Shown piece after piece: positions 1 through 9,400 of a DNA stretch of 64,000 nt; within the stretch, counting starts at the first letter, position 1; the number at the start of each line of letters is the position of its first letter. The notes under the pieces were generated by a model. That model was not told the origin of the DNA. It was given only the letters and a program-made list of their open reading frames with translations, and did no database searches. A program made the translations under genes and the position numbers. Source of the DNA: Verrucomicrobiales bacterium (GTDB taxonomy: Bacteria > Verrucomicrobiota > Verrucomicrobiia > Verrucomicrobiales > DEV007); NCBI GenBank assembly GCA_030730365.1, contig JANQVJ010000012.1, positions 108,642 through 172,641 of the forward strand. Reading direction: 5' to 3'.

Positions 1-8
1 AATACTCC

Positions 9-2336
9 ATGTCTCAGCTCGACGAGTTGCTGACCTTTGCGGGGATCGAGGTCGAGGGCATCCAGAGTCTGCCCGATCACCTCGTCGTGGCCGAGGTGCT
101 CTCGTCGGAAAGACATCCCGACGCAGAGAAGTTGTCGGTTTGTCAGGTCGATGACGGATCGGGCAAGCCGCGTCAGATCGTCTGCGGGGCGAAGAACTAC
201 AAGGTCGGTGACAAGGTCCCGCTCGCGCTGCCGGGCTGTGTCCTCGATGCCGGAGGAGGGAAAACTTTCACGATTGGCGAAGGGAAACTGCGAGGAGTCG
301 ATTCACTCGGCATGATGTGTTCGTCGAAAGAGATCGGCCTCGGCGAAGGCGCCGACGGGCTCCTCATCCTGCCGGCCACGCTGAAACCTGGAACGCCCCT
401 GCGCGATGTCTTCCCCGCGGTTTTTGAACTCGAGATCACGCCGAACCGGCCCGATTGCCTCAGCCATCTGGGAGTGGCGCGCGAACTCGCCGCTCTCGCG
501 AAAAAGCCGCTCAAAGGCATCGCCCATCACGGCGTCTCGACGACTCCGGTGAAGGCGGCGGCGGACGAGATCACCCTTTCCTCGGAGACCTGTCCCTACT
601 ACACGGCCCGCCTCATCCGCGGGGTGACGGTCTCGGAGTCGCCTTCGTGGCTCAAGGTCAAGCTTGAGTCCATCGGGCTGCGTCCTATCAACAACATCGT
701 CGACATCACGAACTACCTTCTGATGGAGACAGGTCAGCCACTCCATGCTTTTGATATGTCGAAGCTCGACGGAGGTATCGTCGTGCGCGCGGCTGCAGAC
801 GGGGAGAAATTCCTCGCGCTGAACGGAGAGGAGTATGCGCTGAGCAGCGACGATCTCGTCATCGCCGATAAGACGAGAGCCGTCGCCATCGGCGGCGTCA
901 TGGGTGGGGAAGACAGCGGCGTTACCGAAACAACGACTGACGTGCTCCTCGAGGCCGCTTATTTTACTCCCGCGGCCGTGCGCCGGACGGGACGTCGTCT
1001 CGGGATTCACTCGGACTCGAGCTACCGTTTCGAACGCGGCACCGATCCTCTTCAGGTCGCCGGCGTTTCCGACTTCGCGGTGAAACTCATCCTTGATCTC
1101 GCCGGAGGAAAAGCTGATCCGGAATTGCTCGTCGCGGGTTCTCTGCCCGACGGACCGAAGCCGGTTGCGCTGGAGAATGATTACTGCCGTGCCGTCATCG
1201 GGGCGCCTCTCACCGACGAGACCATTAACGGTATCCTCACCTCGCTGGGATTAACGAAAGCGGGCGAGGCCTGGGAAATCCCGAGCTATCGTCTCGATCT
1301 CGTGCGTCCCATCGATCTCGTGGAAGAGGTCGCGCGGGTCTACGGGCTCGATAATGTGCCCTCGCACACGCGGGCGACCTTTTCGGCAGCGTCGAAGGCG
1401 GACGAGGCCTACGATTTCATGCGTGCCATTCAGGATCGCCTCGCGAGCCTCGGATTCTACGAGACGCGCAATCTCAAGCTTATCTCCGCCGCTCAGCTCT
1501 CTGACGATCTCGCGACGACCCATCGCGGGATGAGCCCGGTGCGTTTGAAAAATCCGCTCAATGACGAGCAGGATTACCTGCGCCCCGGCCTTATTCCCGG
1601 TCTCCTCGCCTCGGCGTCGCGGAATCAGCGCTTCGGCCGCCACGATCTTCGTCTTTTCGAATCAGGCCGAGTCTTCACCGCCCCGCCCAAAGGCGACGAG
1701 ATCGAGCATGAGCACCTTGCCTTACTCATGACCGGCGCGCGGGTGAATCGGAGTTGGGCCGACGGCAAGCCGAGTGCTCTCGATCTCCACGATCTGCGCG
1801 CCGTGCTCGAGCAAATCTGTCCCGAGGGCCTGAATTTCGTCCCCGTCGACGATACGCGGCTCCTCTGCGCGTGCAGCATCGAGATCGGGGAGGGGAAAAA
1901 GGCGAGCAAGCTCGGCCTCGCCGGGATCGTCCCGCCCGCCCGCGCCCGCGAGCTCGATATCGATGCGCCTGTGCTCGTCGCTGAGATGAATGTGAAGAAG
2001 CTCATGGCCGCCCGCAACGCGGACCCTGCTCACGCCGATTTGCCCAAGTTTCCGGGTAGTTCGCGTGATGTGGCGATGCTGGTGCCAAGGGATCTCCCCG
2101 CCGGCACGATCGCGGCCTTCATCAGCGCGCATGAGGAGCCGCTCCTCCAGTCATTCGAACTCTTTGATCTCTTCGAAGACTCTGATGGCGTGAAACTTGC
2201 GAAAGATAAGAAATCGCTCGCCTACTCGATTTTGTACCGTTCTTCGGACCGTACTCTTGAGGCTCACGAGGTCGAAACAGCACATTCGAAACTTTTGGAT
2301 TCCCTTAAATCGGGATTACACGTAGACTTCAGGTGA
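9..2336 (+). CDS. pheT: Phenylalanine--tRNA ligase beta subunit (true start probably just upstream of the window)
   Basis: tRNA-binding OB domain (HPDAEKLSVCQVD, IVCGAKNY), LEITPNRPDCLSHLGVARE, B3/4 (INNIVDITNYLLMETGQPLHAFD), DLVEEVARVYG, C-terminal FDX-ACB (RDVAMLV, KKSLAY). Confidence 0.97.
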   Translation: MSQLDELLTFAGIEVEGIQSLPDHLVVAEVLSSERHPDAEKLSVCQVDDGSGKPRQIVCGAKNYKVGDKVPLALPGCVLDAGGGKTFTIGEGKLRGVDSLGMMCSSKEIGLGEGADGLLILPATLKPGTPLRDVFPAVFELEITPNRPDCLSHLGVARELAALAKKPLKGIAHHGVSTTPVKAAADEITLSSETCPYYTARLIRGVTVSESPSWLKVKLESIGLRPINNIVDITNYLLMETGQPLHAFDMSKLDGGIVVRAAADGEKFLALNGEEYALSSDDLVIADKTRAVAIGGVMGGEDSGVTETTTDVLLEAAYFTPAAVRRTGRRLGIHSDSSYRFERGTDPLQVAGVSDFAVKLILDLAGGKADPELLVAGSLPDGPKPVALENDYCRAVIGAPLTDETINGILTSLGLTKAGEAWEIPSYRLDLVRPIDLVEEVARVYGLDNVPSHTRATFSAASKADEAYDFMRAIQDRLASLGFYETRNLKLISAAQLSDDLATTHRGMSPVRLKNPLNDEQDYLRPGLIPGLLASASRNQRFGRHDLRLFESGRVFTAPPKGDEIEHEHLALLMTGARVNRSWADGKPSALDLHDLRAVLEQICPEGLNFVPVDDTRLLCACSIEIGEGKKASKLGLAGIVPPARARELDIDAPVLVAEMNVKKLMAARNADPAHADLPKFPGSSRDVAMLVPRDLPAGTIAAFISAHEEPLLQSFELFDLFEDSDGVKLAKDKKSLAYSILYRSSDRTLEAHEVETAHSKLLDSLKSGLHVDFR

Positions 2337-2377
2337 TCGTTTAAGAATCCCAACCCACCCGCCGATTTTTCTGACTT

Positions 2378-2558
2378 TTCCTGCAGTGTTCGACCATTAC
2401 CCATCAAATACAGGCCCGGACCCTTGATACGTTATTGGGGGCTTAGCAAATCTTCGGCTGTCAGGCCTTCGCTGGAGGGCAAAAGTCGATGAGCGGCCCC
2501 CACCCTGTTGAGTTACGGGAACGTGCGCCTCTGGATCGGGAGACGGCACAAGCGGGAA
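2378..2558 (+). ncRNA. ssrS: Probable 6S RNA
   Basis: About 180 nt rod. Ends pair (TTCCTGCAGTGT / GCACAAGCGGGAA), inner GGGGGCT / GGCCCCC stem, unpaired central segments, CCCCCACCCTGTT motif like other 6S RNAs. Lies directly downstream of pheT, a common 6S position. Confidence 0.7.
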
Positions 2559-2564
2559 CTACTT

Positions 2565-2605
2565 AAAAGCGCCTCACACCCTCAGCGGTGCCGGGGTGCT
2601 TTTTT
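2565..2605 (+). terminator. Intrinsic terminator after the 6S RNA
   Basis: AAAAGCGCCTC ... GGGGTGCTTTTTT stem (with G-U pairs) ending in a T run. Confidence 0.55.
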
Positions 2606-2658
2606 GTTGGGTCGACTGATGCCGAAAATGCGCGCGGCAAACCGCTGCCGTCTTCCAG

Positions 2659-2751
2659 TGTGGGGCAGACATTCTTGTCTGCCATTTTTCGCGCGAAAGA
2701 GCGACGAAAGTGTCCCGGGAGATTAAGACAGAGAGGAATGTCTGCCCCACA
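2659..2751. repeat. Inverted REP-like doublet (REPIN-like)
   Basis: Perfect 16-bp inverted repeat TGTGGGGCAGACATTC (2659-2674) / GAATGTCTGCCCCACA (2736-2751). The left unit is itself an imperfect hairpin (GGCAGACATTCTTGTCTGCC). Confidence 0.6.
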
Positions 2752-2754
2752 TTC

Positions 2755-4281
2755 TCAATCGGGGCTTAGCCCGACCGCTTCCGGGTAGGTCGTGAGGATA
2801 CCCTTCAGCTCGGCGGCCACCTCCGGACTCGCAGCCGCGATGTTTTTTTCCTCCACCGCTCCGTTTGCATAATCGTAGAGTTCATAAGTTGCGCTCGCCG
2901 CTTCAGCTCCCGGCTTTTTCCATTCGACAAGGCGATACCGCTCTGTCCGGATAGCACGCCCGAGAGTTGCTTTAGGAAAGACGTGAAAGGCGTGGTCGCG
3001 AACTCGCGTGTCCGGCTCTCTGAGCACGGGAACGAGGCTGATGCCATCAATTGGCTGCGGACCCGCCGGAGCCGGGAGCCCCGCCAGCTCGGCTAGGGTG
3101 GGGAAAATGTCCACTGTCTCCGTGAGCTGACCGGTCGCGCTGCCCGGCCTTGTCACCCCGGGAGCGGCAATCAGAATGGGGATGCGATTGGCCTGCTCGT
3201 AGTTCGTGTGTTTTGTCCAGATCCCGAGGTCGCCGAGGTGAAAGCCGTGGTCTCCCCAGAGCACGATGATGGTGTTTCCGGCGAGTCCCAGATCAACGAG
3301 ACCGTTGATCACTTTTCCGATCTGGGCATCGACGTAGCTCGTGCTCGCGTAGTAGCCGTGGATCAGCTTGCGCTTCACCTCTCCGGAGATGCCGGCCGGG
3401 TCGCCTTTGTCCGGAACGGGGAAATAATTCCGGATCTCGCCCCCGTGCTTGTGCGCGACTTTCGGGGAATTGGCGGGGAGGTCCTCGTTCTGAGGCATTG
3501 GCAGGGTCGCTGCGGTGTAAAGGTCCCAGTATTTTTTCGGCACCGAAAAGGGAAGGTGGGGCCGAGCAAATCCCGCCGCGATAAAGAAGGGCGTCCCCTC
3601 CTTTTCCCGTCTATCCTTCGCCGCCCTGAGGCGGGCAATCGTCTCTTTTGCGACTCGGCCGTCGGCGTAGGCCTCATCGTCGACGTCGGGGGATTCGTAG
3701 GCCGCGCCGCGCGGCAGCATGTTGTAGTTGCCGAGATTCGGGTTGGTTAGCTTCGCGTTGGAGAACATCGCTTCTTCGCGCGTCATTTTTCCACCCGGGG
3801 TACTCGCTGGATCGACATACTCGATCACTTTTTCCTTTAAATGAGGGACCATGAACGAGGCGGGGTCACCTTCGTTTCCGTGACCGATGTGGAAGACTTT
3901 TCCGAGTGACTCGGTCCGGTATCCGTGCTTCGCAAAATGCTGAGGCATCGTCACGGCGTCCGGAAGCGTCGACCTGAGATCGCTGCCGAGATGGTAGAGC
4001 CCCGTCGAGCTTGAGTGCGAGCCCAGCATCAGATTGAAGCGGGACGGCGCGCAGACGGCCTCGTTGCAGTAGGCAGCGTCAAACCGCATGCCCCGTGCAG
4101 CGAGCGCGTCAAGGTGGGGAGTCTGCGCAGTCTTGTCGCCGTAGCACCCGAGGACCGGCTTCAGATCGTCGACGATCAGGAGCAACACGTTCGGGCGTTC
4201 CGCGCGGGCGGGGACGTCGGCAGATCCGGTGAGGCTCGCGAGTATCAGGACGAAGATCAGGGGGAGTTTTTGCACTGCCAT
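2755..4281 (-). CDS. Secreted sulfatase (iduronate-2-sulfatase-like)
   Basis: Signal peptide, RPNVLLLIVDDL, CAPSR formylglycine motif, GFARPHLPF, WGDHGFHLG, WTKHTNYE. Start set at MAVQKL. Confidence 0.9.
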   Translation of the reverse strand: MAVQKLPLIFVLILASLTGSADVPARAERPNVLLLIVDDLKPVLGCYGDKTAQTPHLDALAARGMRFDAAYCNEAVCAPSRFNLMLGSHSSSTGLYHLGSDLRSTLPDAVTMPQHFAKHGYRTESLGKVFHIGHGNEGDPASFMVPHLKEKVIEYVDPASTPGGKMTREEAMFSNAKLTNPNLGNYNMLPRGAAYESPDVDDEAYADGRVAKETIARLRAAKDRREKEGTPFFIAAGFARPHLPFSVPKKYWDLYTAATLPMPQNEDLPANSPKVAHKHGGEIRNYFPVPDKGDPAGISGEVKRKLIHGYYASTSYVDAQIGKVINGLVDLGLAGNTIIVLWGDHGFHLGDLGIWTKHTNYEQANRIPILIAAPGVTRPGSATGQLTETVDIFPTLAELAGLPAPAGPQPIDGISLVPVLREPDTRVRDHAFHVFPKATLGRAIRTERYRLVEWKKPGAEAASATYELYDYANGAVEEKNIAAASPEVAAELKGILTTYPEAVGLSPD

Positions 4282-4454
4282 AAACCCGAGTTTACCGGAC
4301 CCCGGGAAAAAATACAATGCATAGCCAGGAACGAACAGGACGGGGATTTATAGGAATCGGATTTGGGAAAGGCGTGAGCGGCAGATCTTTGTACTTACTG
4401 CGCGTATTTTGGCTGGGGCTTGTGGAGTCGGCCCTTTCCCGCGATAAAACACCG

Positions 4455-5363
4455 ATGGATGCATTGGTTCGTTCGAGTATCGCTATTAATTTTTTGTTAG
4501 TCGCTTTCGGCAGTGAGGCGGTCGCCGCTGCGGAGTCGGCTTCCACCGCAATAGACGGATTTAACTGGCGGGCTTTTCTTGCTCCCTTTCACACGGTCAC
4601 GCTGCATCTTCCGATCGGATTTGTTCTGATGGCGGTAATCCTCGAGACTTACCATTTTTTCAAACCGAGCGCCCCGCTCCGGAGCGCCATCGGGCTCGTT
4701 CTCCTTTGCAGCGCCCTCAGTGCCGTCCTGGTGGTAATGTTGGGAGTATTCAGGGCCGAAGGGGGAGGTTACGAGGCCGGGGCTCTCGATGAGCATCGCT
4801 GGTTCGGGATCGCCGTGGGCGTCGTTACCGTGATCGCCGCTCTCGTGCATGTGGTCGCCTTTAGAAAAACACCGCGCTTCCTGACGGTTTCCTTTTATCG
4901 CTTCCTCCTCGTCGCCGACATGGTCCTGCTCTCGCTTGCCGGGCATGGCGGGGGAAATCTCACCCACGGATCGAAATACCTCACTGAGAATGCTCCCGAC
5001 TGGGTGCGAAAGTGGGTCGAGCGTGGTGATGTCCCCGAGGGAGGTTCCGGTATGGATTCCACGAGCGAGTATGGCCGCGTCATTCAGCCTATCTTTGAGG
5101 CGAAATGTTATCAGTGCCACGGTCCTGAAAAGCAGAAGGGCGACTACCGCATGGACACGGTCGAGGGTCTCACCGCTGCGGGGGAGAGCGAGCGCGATCC
5201 CATCGTGAAAGGTAATGCCCTGGAAAGTTATCTCGTCGAGACGATCACTGTGCCTGATGACGACGACGTCGCGATGCCGCCCGACGGAAAGGACAGGCTC
5301 ACCCCCGAAGAGGTCCTCGCGATCATGCGCTGGATCTGGGCCGGAGCCAAAACCGGTAGTTGA
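4455..5363 (+). CDS. Membrane protein (DUF2231-like) fused to a planctomycete-type cytochrome c domain
   Basis: Four TM segments with LHLPIG and GHGGGNLTHG, then IQPIFEAKCYQCHG heme motif and MPPDGKDRL. Start estimated. Confidence 0.8.
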   Translation: MDALVRSSIAINFLLVAFGSEAVAAAESASTAIDGFNWRAFLAPFHTVTLHLPIGFVLMAVILETYHFFKPSAPLRSAIGLVLLCSALSAVLVVMLGVFRAEGGGYEAGALDEHRWFGIAVGVVTVIAALVHVVAFRKTPRFLTVSFYRFLLVADMVLLSLAGHGGGNLTHGSKYLTENAPDWVRKWVERGDVPEGGSGMDSTSEYGRVIQPIFEAKCYQCHGPEKQKGDYRMDTVEGLTAAGESERDPIVKGNALESYLVETITVPDDDDVAMPPDGKDRLTPEEVLAIMRWIWAGAKTGS

Positions 5364-5440
5364 TTCACGCCGAATCCGGTGAATCAAGTGTTGGTCCCGG
5401 CATGGCAAGAGATGCCCTGCTGCGTCGCCCTCCGCTTTCC

Positions 5441-5887
5441 ATGATCTCCGTGATTCTGATCGGCTTTAGCCTCCTTGCCGCCACCGTTTGCGTCAATGCG
5501 CTCGGCCTCGCGGCTCTTCTTCGTTACCTCCAGCAGACGCGTCCGGCGGCGTCGAGCGGCATCTGGCCCATCACCTGGCTGCTCATCAGGACTGCGTGGG
5601 CGCTGATCGCTATCCACGGGATTGGGATCGCCATCTGGGCCGCCGCTTACCTTCTCATCGGGGCCATGCCCGATGCGGAGTCCGCCTTTTATTTTTCCGG
5701 CGTCACTTACACGACCGTCGGCTATGGCGACCTCGTTCTGCCTTTGCGCTGGAGGATGCTCGGTCCGCTCGAGGGCATGACCGGGATCCTCATGTGCGGT
5801 CTGTCGGGAGCCTTTTTCTTTGCCGTCGTCGTTCGGACTTTCGGGTTTAAAGCGAATGACCAGGGGCTTGACATGCCGGAGCGCTGA
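5441..5887 (+). CDS. Small two-TM potassium channel family protein (Ion_trans_2)
   Basis: AFYFSGVTYTTVGYGDL selectivity filter flanked by TM helices. Start uncertain (5360-5441). Confidence 0.85.
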   Translation: MISVILIGFSLLAATVCVNALGLAALLRYLQQTRPAASSGIWPITWLLIRTAWALIAIHGIGIAIWAAAYLLIGAMPDAESAFYFSGVTYTTVGYGDLVLPLRWRMLGPLEGMTGILMCGLSGAFFFAVVVRTFGFKANDQGLDMPER

Positions 5888-5912
5888 ATTTTCAGTTAAG
5901 GTCAGCAAAGCC

Positions 5913-6443
5913 ATGAATATTCGCCTCTATCTCCTGTTCATTCTGATTTCGTTCGCGCCTTGGATTGCCCTCAATGCTGACGAAAGGCACGACGAACCAG
6001 CTGCGGCAGCAAGAGTATTCTATAGTGAACTTCGCCGTCTCGGAATCCGCAGCCTGCCCACCGTCGCCGAGTGGGAACCCTTTACCCTTCGCGCGACGCC
6101 CGGGTTGACCGGGATGATCGAACGGGCGCAAAAAGAGCAGGCGGAATTCAGGAAAGAATTCCCCGATGAAAAACCGCCCTGGGTCGACGGGGATCTTTTC
6201 AGCAGTCTCTTTGAAGGACCGCAGCATTTTGAAATCGGGGAAGCCAAAATCATCGGCGAACGTGCCGAAGTCCCGGTGAACTGCGTCCACAACGAGGGCG
6301 GCGACACGGCGAAGTGGACGGACATTCTCATCCTGACAAAGACGAAAAACGGGTGGCTCGTTGATGACCTGCGCTACGGCGGCACTTGGGACTTCGCGGC
6401 CCAGGGTACTCTGCGCGACGCCCTCGTGCCGGAGGGGAAGTGA
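5913..6443 (+). CDS. Exported YbjP/DUF3828-like protein
   Basis: Signal peptide. GDLFSSLFEG and WTDILILTKTKNGWLVDDLRY resemble the YbjP family. Confidence 0.6.
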   Translation: MNIRLYLLFILISFAPWIALNADERHDEPAAAARVFYSELRRLGIRSLPTVAEWEPFTLRATPGLTGMIERAQKEQAEFRKEFPDEKPPWVDGDLFSSLFEGPQHFEIGEAKIIGERAEVPVNCVHNEGGDTAKWTDILILTKTKNGWLVDDLRYGGTWDFAAQGTLRDALVPEGK

Positions 6444-6444
6444 T

Positions 6445-9400
6445 TCACTTCACTTCGGTCACCTCGATGCGATCGAGCCCGAACATGTAGCGCGGGGTGG
6501 CGATGGCATTCGCTCCGGTGAGATGGATGTCGATCTGGAGCGGTTCACTCGGGCTTACGTTCACTTTTTCGAAGACCAGAGGCGCCACCGGAAGGACCTT
6601 TTCAGAGTAAAGATCAGCCTCTCGAAGCTGGCCGTTGATCGCCACCTTGATCGTCGCGTAGTCGTGGGCGCCGGAAGGGAAAAGAGTCACGTTTTTTGTC
6701 CCCGGAGTGAGGCCCTCCACTGTCAGGGTGAGAATGTCGCCGGGTTTCCCGCCAGTCCACCAGAGGTGATCATTCCCTGACCAGCCGTCGCCGAAGCCGG
6801 ACATGTTCTGATTTCTCACATTACCATTCTTTGTCACCGCCTTTGCCACGAGAGCTTCCCCTTCGACGCGCACGACTCCGGCACCCGGAGGCGGGACACT
6901 GCCTGTCGTTGCGGTCGGGGCGATGCCGGGAAGCGGCACCTGGGCAGGGCTTGCGAGATACTTGACGAGGTCGGCGACCTGCTCGAGCGGGAGGGCTTCA
7001 AACAATCCGGCAGGCATGAGCGATTGGGCGATCTCTTGCCGTTCCTTGATCTCTGCGGTTTTGATTTCGGTAATGGAACCACCCGGCATCGCGACTTTGA
7101 TTGATCCGGGACTTTCCCCGCGCACCATCCCGCTCACGGTCGAGCCGTCTTTGAGCTGGAAAACATTGAGCAGGTAGTCTTTCCCGACGACGGCACTGGG
7201 AGCGAGAGTGTTCTCGAGAATGTAGGCGAGGTCGGCGCGATTGGATCCGGTGAGGTCGGGGCCCAGGGCGATGCCTTCGCCGAAGAGTTGGTGGCAGGTC
7301 CCGCAGGTCATCGCGAAAGTCTGGCGGCCGCGCGAGGCGTTCGCTTTGGCCATGACATTCGGGCTCAATTTTTTCTTCCACTCTTCGATGCTCGCGGAGA
7401 GTTGCGCGAGATCGACACCGCCGCCGCCGCGGGTCCAGTGGCGATCAATGATCGCGGTGATGGACTCGTCTTTGAAACGCTCGAACTGATCGAGCATCAC
7501 CGGGGAAATGAGCGATGCAGGAAGTTTCTCTTCATCGACCGCCTTCAGCATGGCCAGCGCCATCTCCGGCCGGGTCGCGAGCAGGTTGATGGCCTCGTTG
7601 CGGAGGGTCAGGGGAAAGGCGGCGAGGCGCTCGACGAGGGCGTTCGCGGTCTCGACTCCGGGCGACTGTCGCAGGGCGTTGATCGCGACGGGCTGCAGAC
7701 CGACGTCGGTGAGGACTTCGCGTGCGAGAGCGCCGAGTTCCGGATCACGTCCGGCGATGAGAAGTTCCACCGCCTTGATTCGCTCGGGAGCGGGCTTCGT
7801 TTTGTCGCGGGCGAGGGTGCGCCACCCCGGAAAGTATTCGGGATCGCCGAAGCGTGCCCCCATCTGCGCGAGGGCAGCGCCGGCGGCAGGGTGATCGGTG
7901 GCTAGGGTTTTCCCGTGGGCCTTGGTCGCTTCCCATCCGGCCGGTGGCTCGACAGTGGGGAGACTGGCGAGGGCGGTGAGAAACTGGCCCGATCGCCCGG
8001 CAAACTCCGCCGGATTTTTCGCCGTCGTGAGCGAGGTCATGATCGCCGAACGTCCTTCCGGAAAGACGGCGGCGCGGCGGGTGATGAAATCTTTCAGACT
8101 CGTCCACGGTGTCCGACCCACGAGACCGAGGGCGCGATCCGGGTCAGCCTCGACGAGAGGTTCGATGCCATACCAGCAGAGGAGGGGAAGGTTGCGATCG
8201 TTCGTGCTGCGGGCATGAGCGATGAGTCCCTCGGCGATCTTCCAGCGTTGTTCGAGCGGGAGACGTTGCAGGAGCGAGGCGAGATGGCGGCGGACGAAGA
8301 GCGAGTATTCTTCGACAGCCATTTTCTCGAGTTTCGCGAGAGCGGCAGCGGAAAGGGCGGTCTTCTTTTCGCCGAGCAGGGTGACGGCCCAGGCGCGGAG
8401 TTCCTCTTCGGGATCGTTGAGGACTTCGACGAGTCGAGCCTCGTCGAGCAACCCGCAGGCGTGCCGGGTCCAGAGGACGCGGAGGCGGTGGGCAGTTTCA
8501 CCCCGGGGCACCTGATCGAGAGCCACTCCCACGGCAGAGGCGTTGAGGCTCCCCGCAGCGGCGCGCTCCTGGAGGAGGCGCTGTGCCTGGCGTGAGTGGA
8601 AGACATTGGCATGACTCAGGGTGGCAACGAGTTCGGCGTCGGAAAGGGTCGGTAGATTCGTGACGGCGCTTTTCGCCTCCCCATGTCGGACGCGGTAGAG
8701 CCGCCCGTTGCTGCGGTTCCAGATCTCGACATCGCGGTGGTGACAGGTCTGCGTGTCGGTCCAATCCGAGAAATAGAGCGCTCCGTCGGGCCCTAACAGG
8801 ATGCTCACTCCGATGTGATCGTGATGATTCGAAAGGAGAAAGTCAGGCCGGTGTTTCGCGACATTACCCGATCCGTCGCGCTCGATCGACTCGCGCACGA
8901 TGCGGTGTCCGTGGAGATTGTGGAAGAAGGCGTCGCCGCGATACTCCGATGGGAAGGTGTCCGCCTGATAGAGGACGAGTCCGCAATGGGCATGGCCGCC
9001 GCCGAGAGCTGACGTATCGGCCGGAGCCATCGGGCCTTTCGTCCGAACATCGGTCCAGTTGCCGGCGTAGTGGGCGTGATCGGCGATGGTCTTAATGTCG
9101 TCGAAGGTCCACGGGTCAAAGTGCTGGCCCGCCTGACGCTGGTATCGGCCACCTTGCGAAAGGTGATAAAAATGCGGGATGACACAGGCGGTGATGAAGA
9201 AGTCGCCCCGCTCGTCAAAGTCCACTCCCCAGGGATTGCTCGTGCCGTGGGCGTAGACTTCGAACTGGTGCGTCACCGGATGAAAGCGCCAGACGCCGGC
9301 ATTGATCTTCTCGCGCTGCTCATCAGGCGTGCCGGGTTTGCCGACCTTTGAATGGGTGAAAACGCCGTGACATCCGTAGAGCCAGCCGTCGGGTCCCCAG

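Noticed and set aside
2508-2788. ORFs 2508-2726 and 2588-2788
   Set aside because: They overlap the 6S RNA, terminator and REP doublet, so they are better explained as non-coding.
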